A stretch of DNA of 63,719 nucleotides, the filler included. It is 8 parts of 8 records of this genome, joined end to end, with 100 filler letters (N's around TTAATTAATTAA, not from the genome) between each part and the next. Parts side by side here need not be neighbours in the genome. Positions count along the whole stretch, not along the records: positions 36,587 to 44,297 come from SRR31156797_23796; positions 44,398 to 53,379 come from SRR31156797_23804; 6 more parts are not named here. One strand, written 5' to 3'. Under the pieces are notes generated by a model. The model made no database searches. It saw nothing but the letters and a program-made list of their open reading frames with translations, and was not told the DNA's origin. The first letter of the stretch is position 1, and each line of letters opens with the position of its first letter. This document shows positions 41,232-50,246 of the stretch, piece after piece. The translations under genes were made by a program, and so were the position numbers.

Positions 41232-41810
41232 CTATCCTTCCCAGGGCGGGGCCATGGACTCAGTCCAATTGTCCGGCCGAATCCCGAATGCCTCTATGAA
41301 TCTTTGCCATCCCAGGGCGAACCCCATGGACATGCCCAGGTCAAGGATTTCCTCCTCGGAAAAATACTCCTTTAGCTCGGCATAAAAATCAGAATCGAGT
41401 CGCTGACCGCTTTGGAACATTTTGTCTGTCAGCTGAAGGGCCAGTTTTGTTCTTTTGGGCAGGTCTGAATTCTCATAGTCCCGCATCTTTTCGATCAGGT
41501 CATCGCCAAAGCCCTTGCGCACCAACGATGCGCTTCTGGCCAGGCTTCAATGGACGCACTCGTTGTTCCAGGCCATCCTTATACGGCAGAGTTCGAACAA
41601 ATCCCGTTCGATGCCGCTCCGGCCGCCGTAGATGTACCCTATAAAACCCAGTGTGGCCCGAAGGAGGTCCGGCCTTTTGGCCATGGTCAAAAAAAGATTG
41701 TCATCCGGATAAGCTTTGTCGAACCAGGTTTCCAGGCTTTTCTTCAGGTCGTCGTCCAACCCGGCCCGGTCAGCCTTGGGCAGCAAACCATAATCGTTGC
41801 TCATAAGCAA
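41232..41810 (-). CDS. AhpD/carboxymuconolactone decarboxylase-like protein with in-frame UGA (putative selenocysteine, CxxU), 192 aa
   Basis: ORFs 41547-41810 and 41232-41525 share a frame and are joined by ELCRIRMAWNNECVH-TGA-SLARSASLVRKG; AhpD-like C-terminal LKEYFSEEEILDL. Confidence 0.8.
41505..41540 (-). promoter_or_regulatory. putative bacterial SECIS hairpin
   Basis: Apical stem GCGCAUC/GGUGCGC with loop GUU starting 21 nt after the UGA; lower stem GCCAGA/UUUGGC. Confidence 0.6.
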
Positions 41811-42001
41811 TATCGTCCTTTCAGCTTGAATTATATGGCAAATTCTGCGTTTACGCTAATATACCATGCCATTTCCATTACAGCTAAGACTTTTGCGCGA
41901 GCCCGCATTATGGGATACAAAGCAGCTAGTAGGCAGAGATTCGATTTACAGGCCGATGCTTTATGCTAAGATAGATAAAAAGCTAACGGAGAGTCTTAAT
42001 A

Positions 42002-43084
42002 TTGCCCACATTCGATATCGCCATAATAGGGGCCGGACCGGCAGGCGCCACACTGGCTCGGCTCATCGGGAAACGTTACAAGGTCCTGTTGGTCGACAAG
42101 CGCCCTTTGGTGGATTTACCAGACAGCAGCAAGTCCGATAAATGCTGTGGAGGGCTGCTGGCTCCGGACGCCCAAAAGATGTTGTCCAAGCTCGGTTTAG
42201 GCTTGCCCATGTACGTCTTGGAAGAGCCTCAGTTATTCGTGGTTCGGGCCATGGATTTGCAGAACGGTCTGGAACGATACTATCAGCGACATTACATCAA
42301 CATGAACCGTCGTAAATTCGACTGCTGGCTTGTTTCCATGATCCCGTCGTGCGTAGATGTTCGGACTGGAGTGAGATTGACATCCTTTGACAATAGTGAC
42401 AGCGGGTTCAAGTTGAGACTCAGTGATGGAACCAATGTTTTTCATGAAACCGCCAGGATAATAGTGGGAGCTGACGGCGCTTCTTCCCGGGTTGGGAAAC
42501 AGTTCTTCAAAAACAATGGTTTGACTCGCCAATATACTGCGATTCAGGAATTGTTGGAAGCCGCCGGCGACATGCCCTATTTTTCATCCATTTTCGATCC
42601 TGACATAACAGATTTCTACGGCTGGGTTATTCCTAAAAGCAATCATATACTCATCGGTGCGGCTCTTTTACCCAAAGACAACCCAACTGCAAAATTCGAA
42701 CGCCTGAAAAGCCGGCTTAGGCAAAATGGTATGAAGTTCGGCCAAACCATCCAGAGGCAAGGCGTCATGCTTATCAGACCGACCAGACTGAATCATGTAT
42801 CCACAGGCGGCCGTGGAGCGGCTTTGATCGGCGAGGCAGGCGGTTGGATTAGTACAAGCTCGGCGGAAGGGCTCAGCTACGCTTTTCGCACTGCCATAAT
42901 GCTGGCCGAAAGCTTGCAACCCGGGATTCATGGATTCGAAAAACTATATTATGAAAAGGCCCGAGCCCTAAAATTGAATCTTTTACTCAAAAACCTAAAA
43001 TCCAGAATCATCTTCACGCCGGCCCTAAGGCACACTATCATGAAAACCGGCCTTCAGAGCTTGAAGCCACTTAAAAACAGTTGA
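42002..43084 (+). CDS. FAD-binding oxidoreductase, CbrA/geranylgeranyl reductase-like
   Basis: IIGAGPAG, KCCGGLLAPDAQ, DGASS, FYGWVIPK, IGEAGGWISTSSAEG. Confidence 0.8.
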   Translation: MPTFDIAIIGAGPAGATLARLIGKRYKVLLVDKRPLVDLPDSSKSDKCCGGLLAPDAQKMLSKLGLGLPMYVLEEPQLFVVRAMDLQNGLERYYQRHYINMNRRKFDCWLVSMIPSCVDVRTGVRLTSFDNSDSGFKLRLSDGTNVFHETARIIVGADGASSRVGKQFFKNNGLTRQYTAIQELLEAAGDMPYFSSIFDPDITDFYGWVIPKSNHILIGAALLPKDNPTAKFERLKSRLRQNGMKFGQTIQRQGVMLIRPTRLNHVSTGGRGAALIGEAGGWISTSSAEGLSYAFRTAIMLAESLQPGIHGFEKLYYEKARALKLNLLLKNLKSRIIFTPALRHTIMKTGLQSLKPLKNS

Positions 43085-43350
43085 TTTAACTCAATAGCTG
43101 ACGACCTCTAAAATAGACATTTTACAATTCAGGGGCAAACCGCTCGTATCGGCTTGACCGTCAGGAATTCCATGGACTATGATGCTCTAAAATGGGGAGA
43201 CGGCGTTTTTTTAAGCAAGATGATCAAAAAATCGCCAAATTGTAGGAAGTCTGATGCCCCACGGCCTGGTTAAAATCCTGATCAACAGCCCAAAGGCCGG
43301 GTCGGAAGGTTTGAATTTCCAAAATCTTTATCCTTGCTGCGGAATTCGGA

Positions 43351-44145
43351 ATGAATATGCGAGAACCATTACTTTATCATGAAATGCACGGAACACATGG
43401 ACCTTTCATACTGTTGGTTCACGGTATGCTCTCAAGTCGGGCCCAATGGACTCCCAACCTGGATGCTCTTACGGAATTTAGTCGCCCTGTCGTAGTGGAG
43501 TTATTTGGACATGGCCGCTCCCCTTCACCGGAGGACACCGAATGTTATTCTCCTGACAATTATGTCAAAGAGTTCGAGCGCATTCGAAATAAACTGGGAA
43601 TTGAGCGGTGGTTTTTGTGCGGGCAGTCCTTGGGAGCGTCGCTAACGCTTCGTTACGCGTTGTATCATCCTGAACGAACCATAGCCCACATATTTACAAA
43701 CTCCGAGTCCGCCATGACCGAAAATAGTTGGGAAGATGAACTGAAAATATTATCAAAGCTTCTGGAGGAAGAAGGAGATAAAATAATCGAGACGCTTCCC
43801 TTGCATCCTTCCCATAGCCGCCATATCAAGCCTGATATAAAAGCTGCTCTCGTAGAAGATGCAAAATTGGTTAACTCAAAAGGACTTTCCCATACAGGGC
43901 TGTATACGGTTGCCAAATGTTCAGTGCGCACAATCGTTCATAAAAATATCATTCCAACCCTGTTGATCGTAGGAAAATATGATAAGCCATTCTTGCCATA
44001 CATTGAATTTGCTCAACAGAATATACCCGAGCTTGAGGTCTTGATTTTGGATGGCGGCCATGCGGTCAACATTCATGCATCCGAGCAGTTTAATATGGCT
44101 GCACGAGACTTTGTTAGACGATTTATTCATACTTCCACAAGTTGA
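43351..44145 (+). CDS. alpha/beta fold hydrolase
   Basis: LVHGMLSS, ELFGHGRS, GQSLG, GKYD, GGHAVN. Confidence 0.88.
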   Translation: MNMREPLLYHEMHGTHGPFILLVHGMLSSRAQWTPNLDALTEFSRPVVVELFGHGRSPSPEDTECYSPDNYVKEFERIRNKLGIERWFLCGQSLGASLTLRYALYHPERTIAHIFTNSESAMTENSWEDELKILSKLLEEEGDKIIETLPLHPSHSRHIKPDIKAALVEDAKLVNSKGLSHTGLYTVAKCSVRTIVHKNIIPTLLIVGKYDKPFLPYIEFAQQNIPELEVLILDGGHAVNIHASEQFNMAARDFVRRFIHTSTS

Positions 44146-44297
44146 AAATATGGTTATGTCCTGGTGAGTTTAATTGAAGGCAAGAATCATCCAGGCCCAG
44201 CGCAGCAGTGCATATAATGAGATGCTTTTTGGAAGCTACTAAGGACAGAAGCAAAGATCGAATGCTTAAATCGAATGAAATTGTTGGGTTACGCTAC

Positions 44298-44397
44298 NNN
44301 NNNNNNNNNNNNNNNNNNNNNNNNNNNNNNNNNNNNNNNNNTTAATTAATTAANNNNNNNNNNNNNNNNNNNNNNNNNNNNNNNNNNNNNNNNNNNN
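44298..44397. other. artificial contig spacer
   Basis: N44-TTAATTAATTAA-N44. Confidence 0.99.
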
Positions 44398-45039
44398 ATA
44401 TTGAAAGAACATGATCTTCTTTATCAATCTGATGATGCTTATGGATTGACAACTACCGGGAAACTGATTGTAGCTGAAATGGCCCCTTTTCTTAGTACTA
44501 TTGAAACGCTGGGCTCAAGCAGTCACTATCTGGAAGATCACAATGTAGGTGCTATTCCGGAACATTTCCTGAAACGAGTTAATGAGATCAGGGGTTTTAC
44601 TCTTGTGGAACCCAGCCATGTTAATTCAATTGAGCTGAATGCGGATTATCTCACAGACTGTCTTGCATCCAGAGCAGTGTACTTTGTGTACACTTTCATG
44701 CATCCAGGATCCTTGTCTGTTCTGGATCAGCTGGTCGCTAAAGGTATAGAAGTTTCGATCATCATTTCTAAGGAACTTGCTGAAAAAATGATTGATGAAA
44801 TGTATGATGTATGTAAATATACTCTTACACTTGATAATGTTTATATCTATATTTACGAGAAAGACGTGGAAATTTCATCGCTCACAGTTTGTGATACTGG
44901 TTTTCAATTAAGATTGCTTTCTAAAAACAATGAATTCAGCAATAAGCAGATTATGTGCTTCAGTCCAGAAGGGCGTAAATGGGGCAAGGATCTTTATGAT
45001 TATCACCTGAAGGATGCAAAGTTGATGACTGATATCTAA
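44398..45039 (+). CDS. Methanosarcinales winged-helix regulator (DUF1724-like C-terminus), 5' truncated
   Basis: YGLTTTGKLI, HNVGAIPEHFLKR, WGKDLYDYH pattern. Confidence 0.75.
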   Translation: MLKEHDLLYQSDDAYGLTTTGKLIVAEMAPFLSTIETLGSSSHYLEDHNVGAIPEHFLKRVNEIRGFTLVEPSHVNSIELNADYLTDCLASRAVYFVYTFMHPGSLSVLDQLVAKGIEVSIIISKELAEKMIDEMYDVCKYTLTLDNVYIYIYEKDVEISSLTVCDTGFQLRLLSKNNEFSNKQIMCFSPEGRKWGKDLYDYHLKDAKLMTDI

Positions 45040-45545
45040 CTATTCATTTATTTTTGATCTGATGCAGGACTAATTATTTTTTGTAGCTTCACTATTTTTA
45101 AAAAATGTTTCTGTTTCAGAATTCCATATAATCTTTCTTGCTCTCTAAAAAATAGTAAAATAAAGTTAATGGCATTGGTTTTATAAATGATTTCACATTA
45201 AAATCAGTGTTTTAGAATTTAACGCCATGTTAAAATTAAAAAGGAATATGGTTATATTTCCTTCTCTCAATGATCACTTGCAATAATTCAGGAAAAACAG
45301 AAACTTTCAGAAGGAATATAGAATAGGTAGAGTTCAGTTATCCGAGTAATGTGGCAAGAAATAAATAAAGCGATTAAACCTGGAAATTTCAGGGTCAATT
45401 CGTGTTAAATTCAGGAATGTCATCGTTGTTGCTGCACCCTGAATTGGATTCTGGTGGGTTATGCTGCTGCTCTTTCGATATTTCAACTGGTATCTGTAGA
45501 ATGATTGTTTCAATCAGTTTCGGCAATGAAACATAATAGCTTGAT

Positions 45546-46106
45546 TTGGTGGTTGGATTGAGTGGAGTAGTTAATAAAATCTATAAAAAGGGGACAGAAA
45601 CACAACTTCAAAGTGTTCTCTCCAAAAGTGACATATTCGACATATTGAGGAACGATCGCAGAAGATATACACTGGAGCTGCTGAAAAAAGACGGCAGCCA
45701 GAGCCTCCGGGGTATCTCAGAAGAGATAGCCAGGATCGAATCCGGTGAAGACAATCCCGGCGGTAAGATACGCAAGAGCATCTACGTCTCCCTGCTTCAA
45801 AACCATCTTCCCAAACTGGAGGAGATGGGCCTGATAGTCTACAATCGTGAGCTGGACCAGCTGGAGCTGACCCCCCTGGCCAGCAACGTAAGCTTCTACC
45901 TGGAGACTGTGGAAGACGGGGATATTCCCTGGAGCCAGTACTACCTCGGGGTCAGCCTGCTGGCACTTTCCGGCGGTCTTGTCACAAGCTACCATCTGGT
46001 GAACTTCATAGATGACACGCAGTGGTTCTTTTTCATAAGCATGATCTTCCTACTCTCATCACTGGTCCACCAGCGCCGCCAAACAAAACTGCAAAAGCAG
46101 ATGTAA
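45546..46106 (+). CDS. membrane-anchored winged-helix protein (DUF7344-like)
   Basis: IFDILRNDRRRY, RKSIYVSLLQNHLPKLEEMGLIVYN, then PWSQYYLG and two TM segments. Confidence 0.75.
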   Translation: MVVGLSGVVNKIYKKGTETQLQSVLSKSDIFDILRNDRRRYTLELLKKDGSQSLRGISEEIARIESGEDNPGGKIRKSIYVSLLQNHLPKLEEMGLIVYNRELDQLELTPLASNVSFYLETVEDGDIPWSQYYLGVSLLALSGGLVTSYHLVNFIDDTQWFFFISMIFLLSSLVHQRRQTKLQKQM

Positions 46107-46661
46107 AGATCTGCATTCCAGTTTTTTTGTCTTTTTCTTCTTTTCTCCTATTTTCTTTCCGGTCTCTGTCGAAATCCTGAATAACTTAATCCATCCCGGA
46201 GGGTCCGGTGAAGCCGGCACGATCCAAAAAGATGAAGAAAATAATCTGTTGCCTTTAATTCTTTTTCTTGATTTCACTTTAAAGCTCAAATCCAAAATGA
46301 TGCAACTTTTAGTAAAATTGCTTCCAGCATTTGTGCCCCGACATACAGGAAAAAACAACGTTTTCCCAGAATTTCCAGCTTAGTTTATCCCAAAAAATCA
46401 CGATTTTCTCATTAAAATTGGTTAATTAATCATTAATCCTGAAAAATATTCTTTCAAATCACACCGCCCTTTGATGCTGGTAATTGTACATTACTGCCCC
46501 AAAACCCCCGTTAACCCACCAATAACTATATCCTGACAAATCTTAGGCAGTTCTGGTCATAATTTCAGATGGGTGGTTGGATATCTTCTCATCTGTTATA
46601 CCTTGCAGCATGTGCTGCACAATTGACCGACCAATTTGAAAATACAATTTAGGTGGAAAAT

Positions 46662-47192
46662 ATGATAAACAAGAAAATATTGCTAAGCCTGCTCTTTATC
46701 GGTGTAGTCACTGCAGCAGCAGGTTCCGGTACATGGGCATACTTCTCAGACATAGACGCCAGTACATCTAACACTCTCACTGCAGGAACTTTGGTTTTAA
46801 GCCTTGATGAAGTAACTGCATCAACATGGGCTTTTGATCCTGCAGTAATTGCTCCAAATGATGAAGACTCTGGATCCATTACAGTTACAAATGATGGAAG
46901 TCTTGATGGTTACCTGTTTGCAACTTTGACAGTAACGGAAACTGATGAAGATGCATTCTACCTATCTGATATGTTGACAATTACAGTATCAGATGGTACT
47001 GTTACAAATACATATGACTATCCAGCCGAAACAACAGATATGAGTTTTGGAGCGCTTGTATCTGGTGACAGCACCGAGATTACAGTGACATATACATTTG
47101 ATGCAGCTGCTGGTAATGACTATCAGGATGAATCTGCTACTTTCGATCTTGCTTTCAAACTAAATCAGCTAAATTCAGCAAGTAATACATAA
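46662..47192 (+). CDS. TasA/CalY-like protein with SipW-class signal peptide (putative major fibre subunit)
   Basis: KKILLSLL..GTWA/YFSD...SNTLTAGTL; APND..SGSITVTNDGSL; C-terminal GNDYQDESATFDLAFKLNQ. Confidence 0.85.
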   Translation: MINKKILLSLLFIGVVTAAAGSGTWAYFSDIDASTSNTLTAGTLVLSLDEVTASTWAFDPAVIAPNDEDSGSITVTNDGSLDGYLFATLTVTETDEDAFYLSDMLTITVSDGTVTNTYDYPAETTDMSFGALVSGDSTEITVTYTFDAAAGNDYQDESATFDLAFKLNQLNSASNT

Positions 47193-47202
47193 AACTGTAA
47201 GA

Positions 47203-47229
47203 AAAGAATGAGATTTAATCTCATTCTTT
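47203..47229 (+). other. perfect 12-bp intergenic stem-loop
   Basis: AAAGAATGAGAT-TTA-ATCTCATTCTTT directly before the GGAGGAGG RBS. Confidence 0.7.
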
Positions 47230-47245
47230 ACAGGAGGAGGTTAAA

Positions 47246-47998
47246 ATGAACAATAAAAAAATATTGTCCTCTGTCCTGCTTATTGCTCTGGTTACAGGGT
47301 TGATGGGGACAGGTACATATGCGTATTTTACGGATAGTGCTCAGTCCACTTCTAATGTTGTGAATACAGGAACACTAGAATTGACTCTTACCGATGGAAA
47401 TCCTGATCCAGATAGGCAGTGGTTGATGATACAGGCATCTCCAGGAACCATAGGTGGAGCTGGAGATATACGTATACATAACACAGGGTCTATTGAAGCT
47501 GATCATGTCGAAATTGTTTTCAAATTAGATGAACATGAGGATAATGATGGAATTCCATCCAATGGATATGAAGCAGGTCCAAATTCAGACACACTTCTGA
47601 CTGGAACAGGTGACATGTCCTCATATTTTGTAGTCGATTCAATGACATATCAGGTATTTGAAGAGGGTACTGCCATTCTATCAAGTGATGGTTCTTCCAT
47701 TGTATCAAGCAAAATAATCCTTGTGGGTTACTCTGCCGGGTCATACTTTTACGATCATGAATATCTTACGGACTATAATGGTAATGATTTCATAGATTTG
47801 TATGATTTGTCATGTGACGATTTTGATGGTTTTGATGATTTGGAACCACCGAAAGCAAATCCAGAGTTGTACATTGATTATTCTCAGTTGGATATGAGTA
47901 TATCTTTCTTGGATGATGGAACTCCTCAGAATGATTTCCAGGGAGATGTCATTGATATGACTGTGGAGGTAACTCTCAATCAAGACCCGAGCCAGTAA
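47246..47998 (+). CDS. second TasA/CalY-like protein with SipW-class signal peptide
   Basis: GTYA/YFTD...SNVVNTGTL; SPG..IHNTGSI; C-terminal QNDFQGDVIDMTVEVTLNQ. Confidence 0.82.
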   Translation: MNNKKILSSVLLIALVTGLMGTGTYAYFTDSAQSTSNVVNTGTLELTLTDGNPDPDRQWLMIQASPGTIGGAGDIRIHNTGSIEADHVEIVFKLDEHEDNDGIPSNGYEAGPNSDTLLTGTGDMSSYFVVDSMTYQVFEEGTAILSSDGSSIVSSKIILVGYSAGSYFYDHEYLTDYNGNDFIDLYDLSCDDFDGFDDLEPPKANPELYIDYSQLDMSISFLDDGTPQNDFQGDVIDMTVEVTLNQDPSQ

Positions 47999-48011
47999 AA
48001 TAAGCGAAAAT

Positions 48012-48035
48012 AGGATAGGTCTTACCTATCCTTTT
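48012..48035 (+). terminator. stem-loop with T tail after the second TasA-like gene
   Basis: AGGATAGGT-CTT-ACCTATCCT-TTT. Confidence 0.6.
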
Positions 48036-48054
48036 AATTTTATATTAGAGGATT

Positions 48055-48522
48055 ATGAATATTAAAAAAATTGATATTTTGTTAATCTTTTCAGTATTAA
48101 TTATTGTGTTTCCAATATTAGCACTTATGGTACCAATTGGTGAAATGCATTTTATGGCTGTATCTGGTACCAGTATGGAACCAACAATTACGGAAAAAGA
48201 CATAATTGTAATTGGACCTAAGTCTGCTGGAGAAATTAAACCAGGAGATATTATATCTTATAAATATAATCAAAATGTTATTATTACTCACAGAGTTGTA
48301 AAGAGGGTAGCAGGAGGTTTTGAAACTCAGGGAGATGCGTATTCAGAACCAGATGATTACATAGTTACTTCTGAGAATATAGTTGGTGTCATGAAATTAA
48401 AAATACCATATTTAGGTTCTCTGGTATACTTTGCACATACAACAAAAGGCATCATAATACTTGTTGTTTTGCCAGCACTATTGCTTATAATGCAAGAAAT
48501 TAAAGAGTTGATTAAATCCTGA
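48055..48522 (+). CDS. sipW: signal peptidase I, SipW/Sec11 type (S26B)
   Basis: VSGTSMEP (Ser), IITHRV (His), TQGDA..D, KIPYLG; flanking TM segments. Confidence 0.88.
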   Translation: MNIKKIDILLIFSVLIIVFPILALMVPIGEMHFMAVSGTSMEPTITEKDIIVIGPKSAGEIKPGDIISYKYNQNVIITHRVVKRVAGGFETQGDAYSEPDDYIVTSENIVGVMKLKIPYLGSLVYFAHTTKGIIILVVLPALLLIMQEIKELIKS

Positions 48523-48535
48523 TGGGGGTATCGTT

Positions 48536-49066
48536 ATGAAAACGTTCTTTAAACTTACTATTATTTGCCTCCTTATTGGGAGTTTACTCCCTTTTTCAGG
48601 TACAAATTCGTATTTTCATGATACTGAATATTCATCATCCAATGTAGTTATAGCAGGATTATGGGCAAGCCAATCTCAAATGCTCTATGTTGACACTTCA
48701 AACACTTATGTGAGTCAACATCAGGATGAATGCCGTCTGCTGTGTATAAGGCTTCAGACGATGGGTGATAGTGATCTTGTAATTGACAGTGTTCAAGTTG
48801 AGTGGGATGAAAACATGTATCCGATTACCATGCTTGAAACTGTGAAAATAGATGAGGATACATTCTTCATCGGTTCGGTAACCTCTGGAACAATGCTTGA
48901 TGATAATGATTATGTCATTTCTCCGGGAGTTGTGGAACCTTATAGAATGAGGGTATTTTTTAGTTCTGAAGTACAGGCTCCGTTTACAATTAGGTTCATA
49001 ATGGACGATGGATCAGTTAGGGAAATATTTATTCCTCTTGAAACTGCTGAAGATCAAAGTGAGTGA
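48536..49066 (+). CDS. third SipW-class signal-peptide protein (accessory/minor subunit)
   Basis: GTNS/YFHDTEYSSSNVVIAGLW; beta-rich mature region. Confidence 0.75.
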   Translation: MKTFFKLTIICLLIGSLLPFSGTNSYFHDTEYSSSNVVIAGLWASQSQMLYVDTSNTYVSQHQDECRLLCIRLQTMGDSDLVIDSVQVEWDENMYPITMLETVKIDEDTFFIGSVTSGTMLDDNDYVISPGVVEPYRMRVFFSSEVQAPFTIRFIMDDGSVREIFIPLETAEDQSE

Positions 49067-49083
49067 TTAAAGGTAGGTTTAAT

Positions 49084-50124
49084 ATGAAAAGAAAGGATCT
49101 GGTATCCGGTGTTCTGGCAGTTATTGTCATTACTTCAGGATTACATATGCTGCTTCCTTTTATAACAGGTTCATCAATGCCATTGATAGTTCTGAGTGGC
49201 AGTATGCATCCCTACATGAGAGTAGGTGATATGGTCTTAGTGGAATCAGTAGAGCCAGATGAACTCGGTCTTGGTGATGTACTTACTTTTAGCATACCGG
49301 GTGAAACTGAAGATATAATTGTAACTCATCGCATAATTTCTATCAACAACAAAGGAGATCTGACTTTCCAGACCAAAGGTGATGCAAATGAGGAGACGGA
49401 TGATTTTACCATACCTTCTGAAGATGTTATCGGCAAAGTAGTTTTTGTCATTCCGTTTGCAGGTTATCTTCCTGAAGCCACTAAAAGTTCTTCTCTCTTC
49501 TTTATTTTTGTAACATTGCCAGCTCTCCTTCTGATTATCGGAGAGCTTCGCAACATCATCAGATACAGCAACCCCGTCAAAGCCCGAAAAGACGAAAAAA
49601 TACAGAAAAAACAATCCCGGCGCATAAAATACACTACTGTTCTATCCAGAGCCACAGCAGTAGCATTGCTCTCTGTGATTATAATGCTTATACTTCTCCT
49701 TCCAAACTCCTTTGAAAATCAGGAAGGAATACTTACGGATGGATATACAATAGAAAATGCGGGATATCTTTCGTCGGTTTATGTTATAACGCCTGATAAT
49801 CCGGTGGACAGGTTGAAAATTGAACCCTGGTATGGGGTTGTGGCTGCGGGGAATGCAAGCAGTGTTGTGGTGGCGGAGGAGGGTATGCATGTGCAAGTCT
49901 CTTCTGTGCCGTATGTACTGCCTGTGCAGTGGATTATAATGCTGGCTGAAAAAGGGGTGTTTGTGCCAGCTGCTGGTGTGCTTGTGCTTTATATGGCGGG
50001 AGTTTTGTTTGTGACAGTTCCCCTGTGGTACAGGAAGTCTGTCAGGGGTGTGAAAAAGAGGAGTTTAAGGTATCGTTTTGCACGTTTTAAGCGTGATGTG
50101 CAGCGTATGAAGATAATGGGGTGA
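49084..50124 (+). CDS. second SipW-type signal peptidase with long C-terminal membrane extension
   Basis: VLSGSMHP, IVTHRII, QTKGDANEETD, VIPFAGY; about 190 extra aa with TM, soluble loop, TM and basic tail. Confidence 0.85.
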   Translation: MKRKDLVSGVLAVIVITSGLHMLLPFITGSSMPLIVLSGSMHPYMRVGDMVLVESVEPDELGLGDVLTFSIPGETEDIIVTHRIISINNKGDLTFQTKGDANEETDDFTIPSEDVIGKVVFVIPFAGYLPEATKSSSLFFIFVTLPALLLIIGELRNIIRYSNPVKARKDEKIQKKQSRRIKYTTVLSRATAVALLSVIIMLILLLPNSFENQEGILTDGYTIENAGYLSSVYVITPDNPVDRLKIEPWYGVVAAGNASSVVVAEEGMHVQVSSVPYVLPVQWIIMLAEKGVFVPAAGVLVLYMAGVLFVTVPLWYRKSVRGVKKRSLRYRFARFKRDVQRMKIMG

Positions 50125-50246
50125 ATTCCGGATTAAAATTAAAATGGTCTTGACTAAAAATTAGAACAAAAACAGCAAATTTTTATACCATGGCATGTCA
50201 CATTCTGGCGTTGGTACTTAGAACGTTTTGAAAAAAACGGGGGCAT

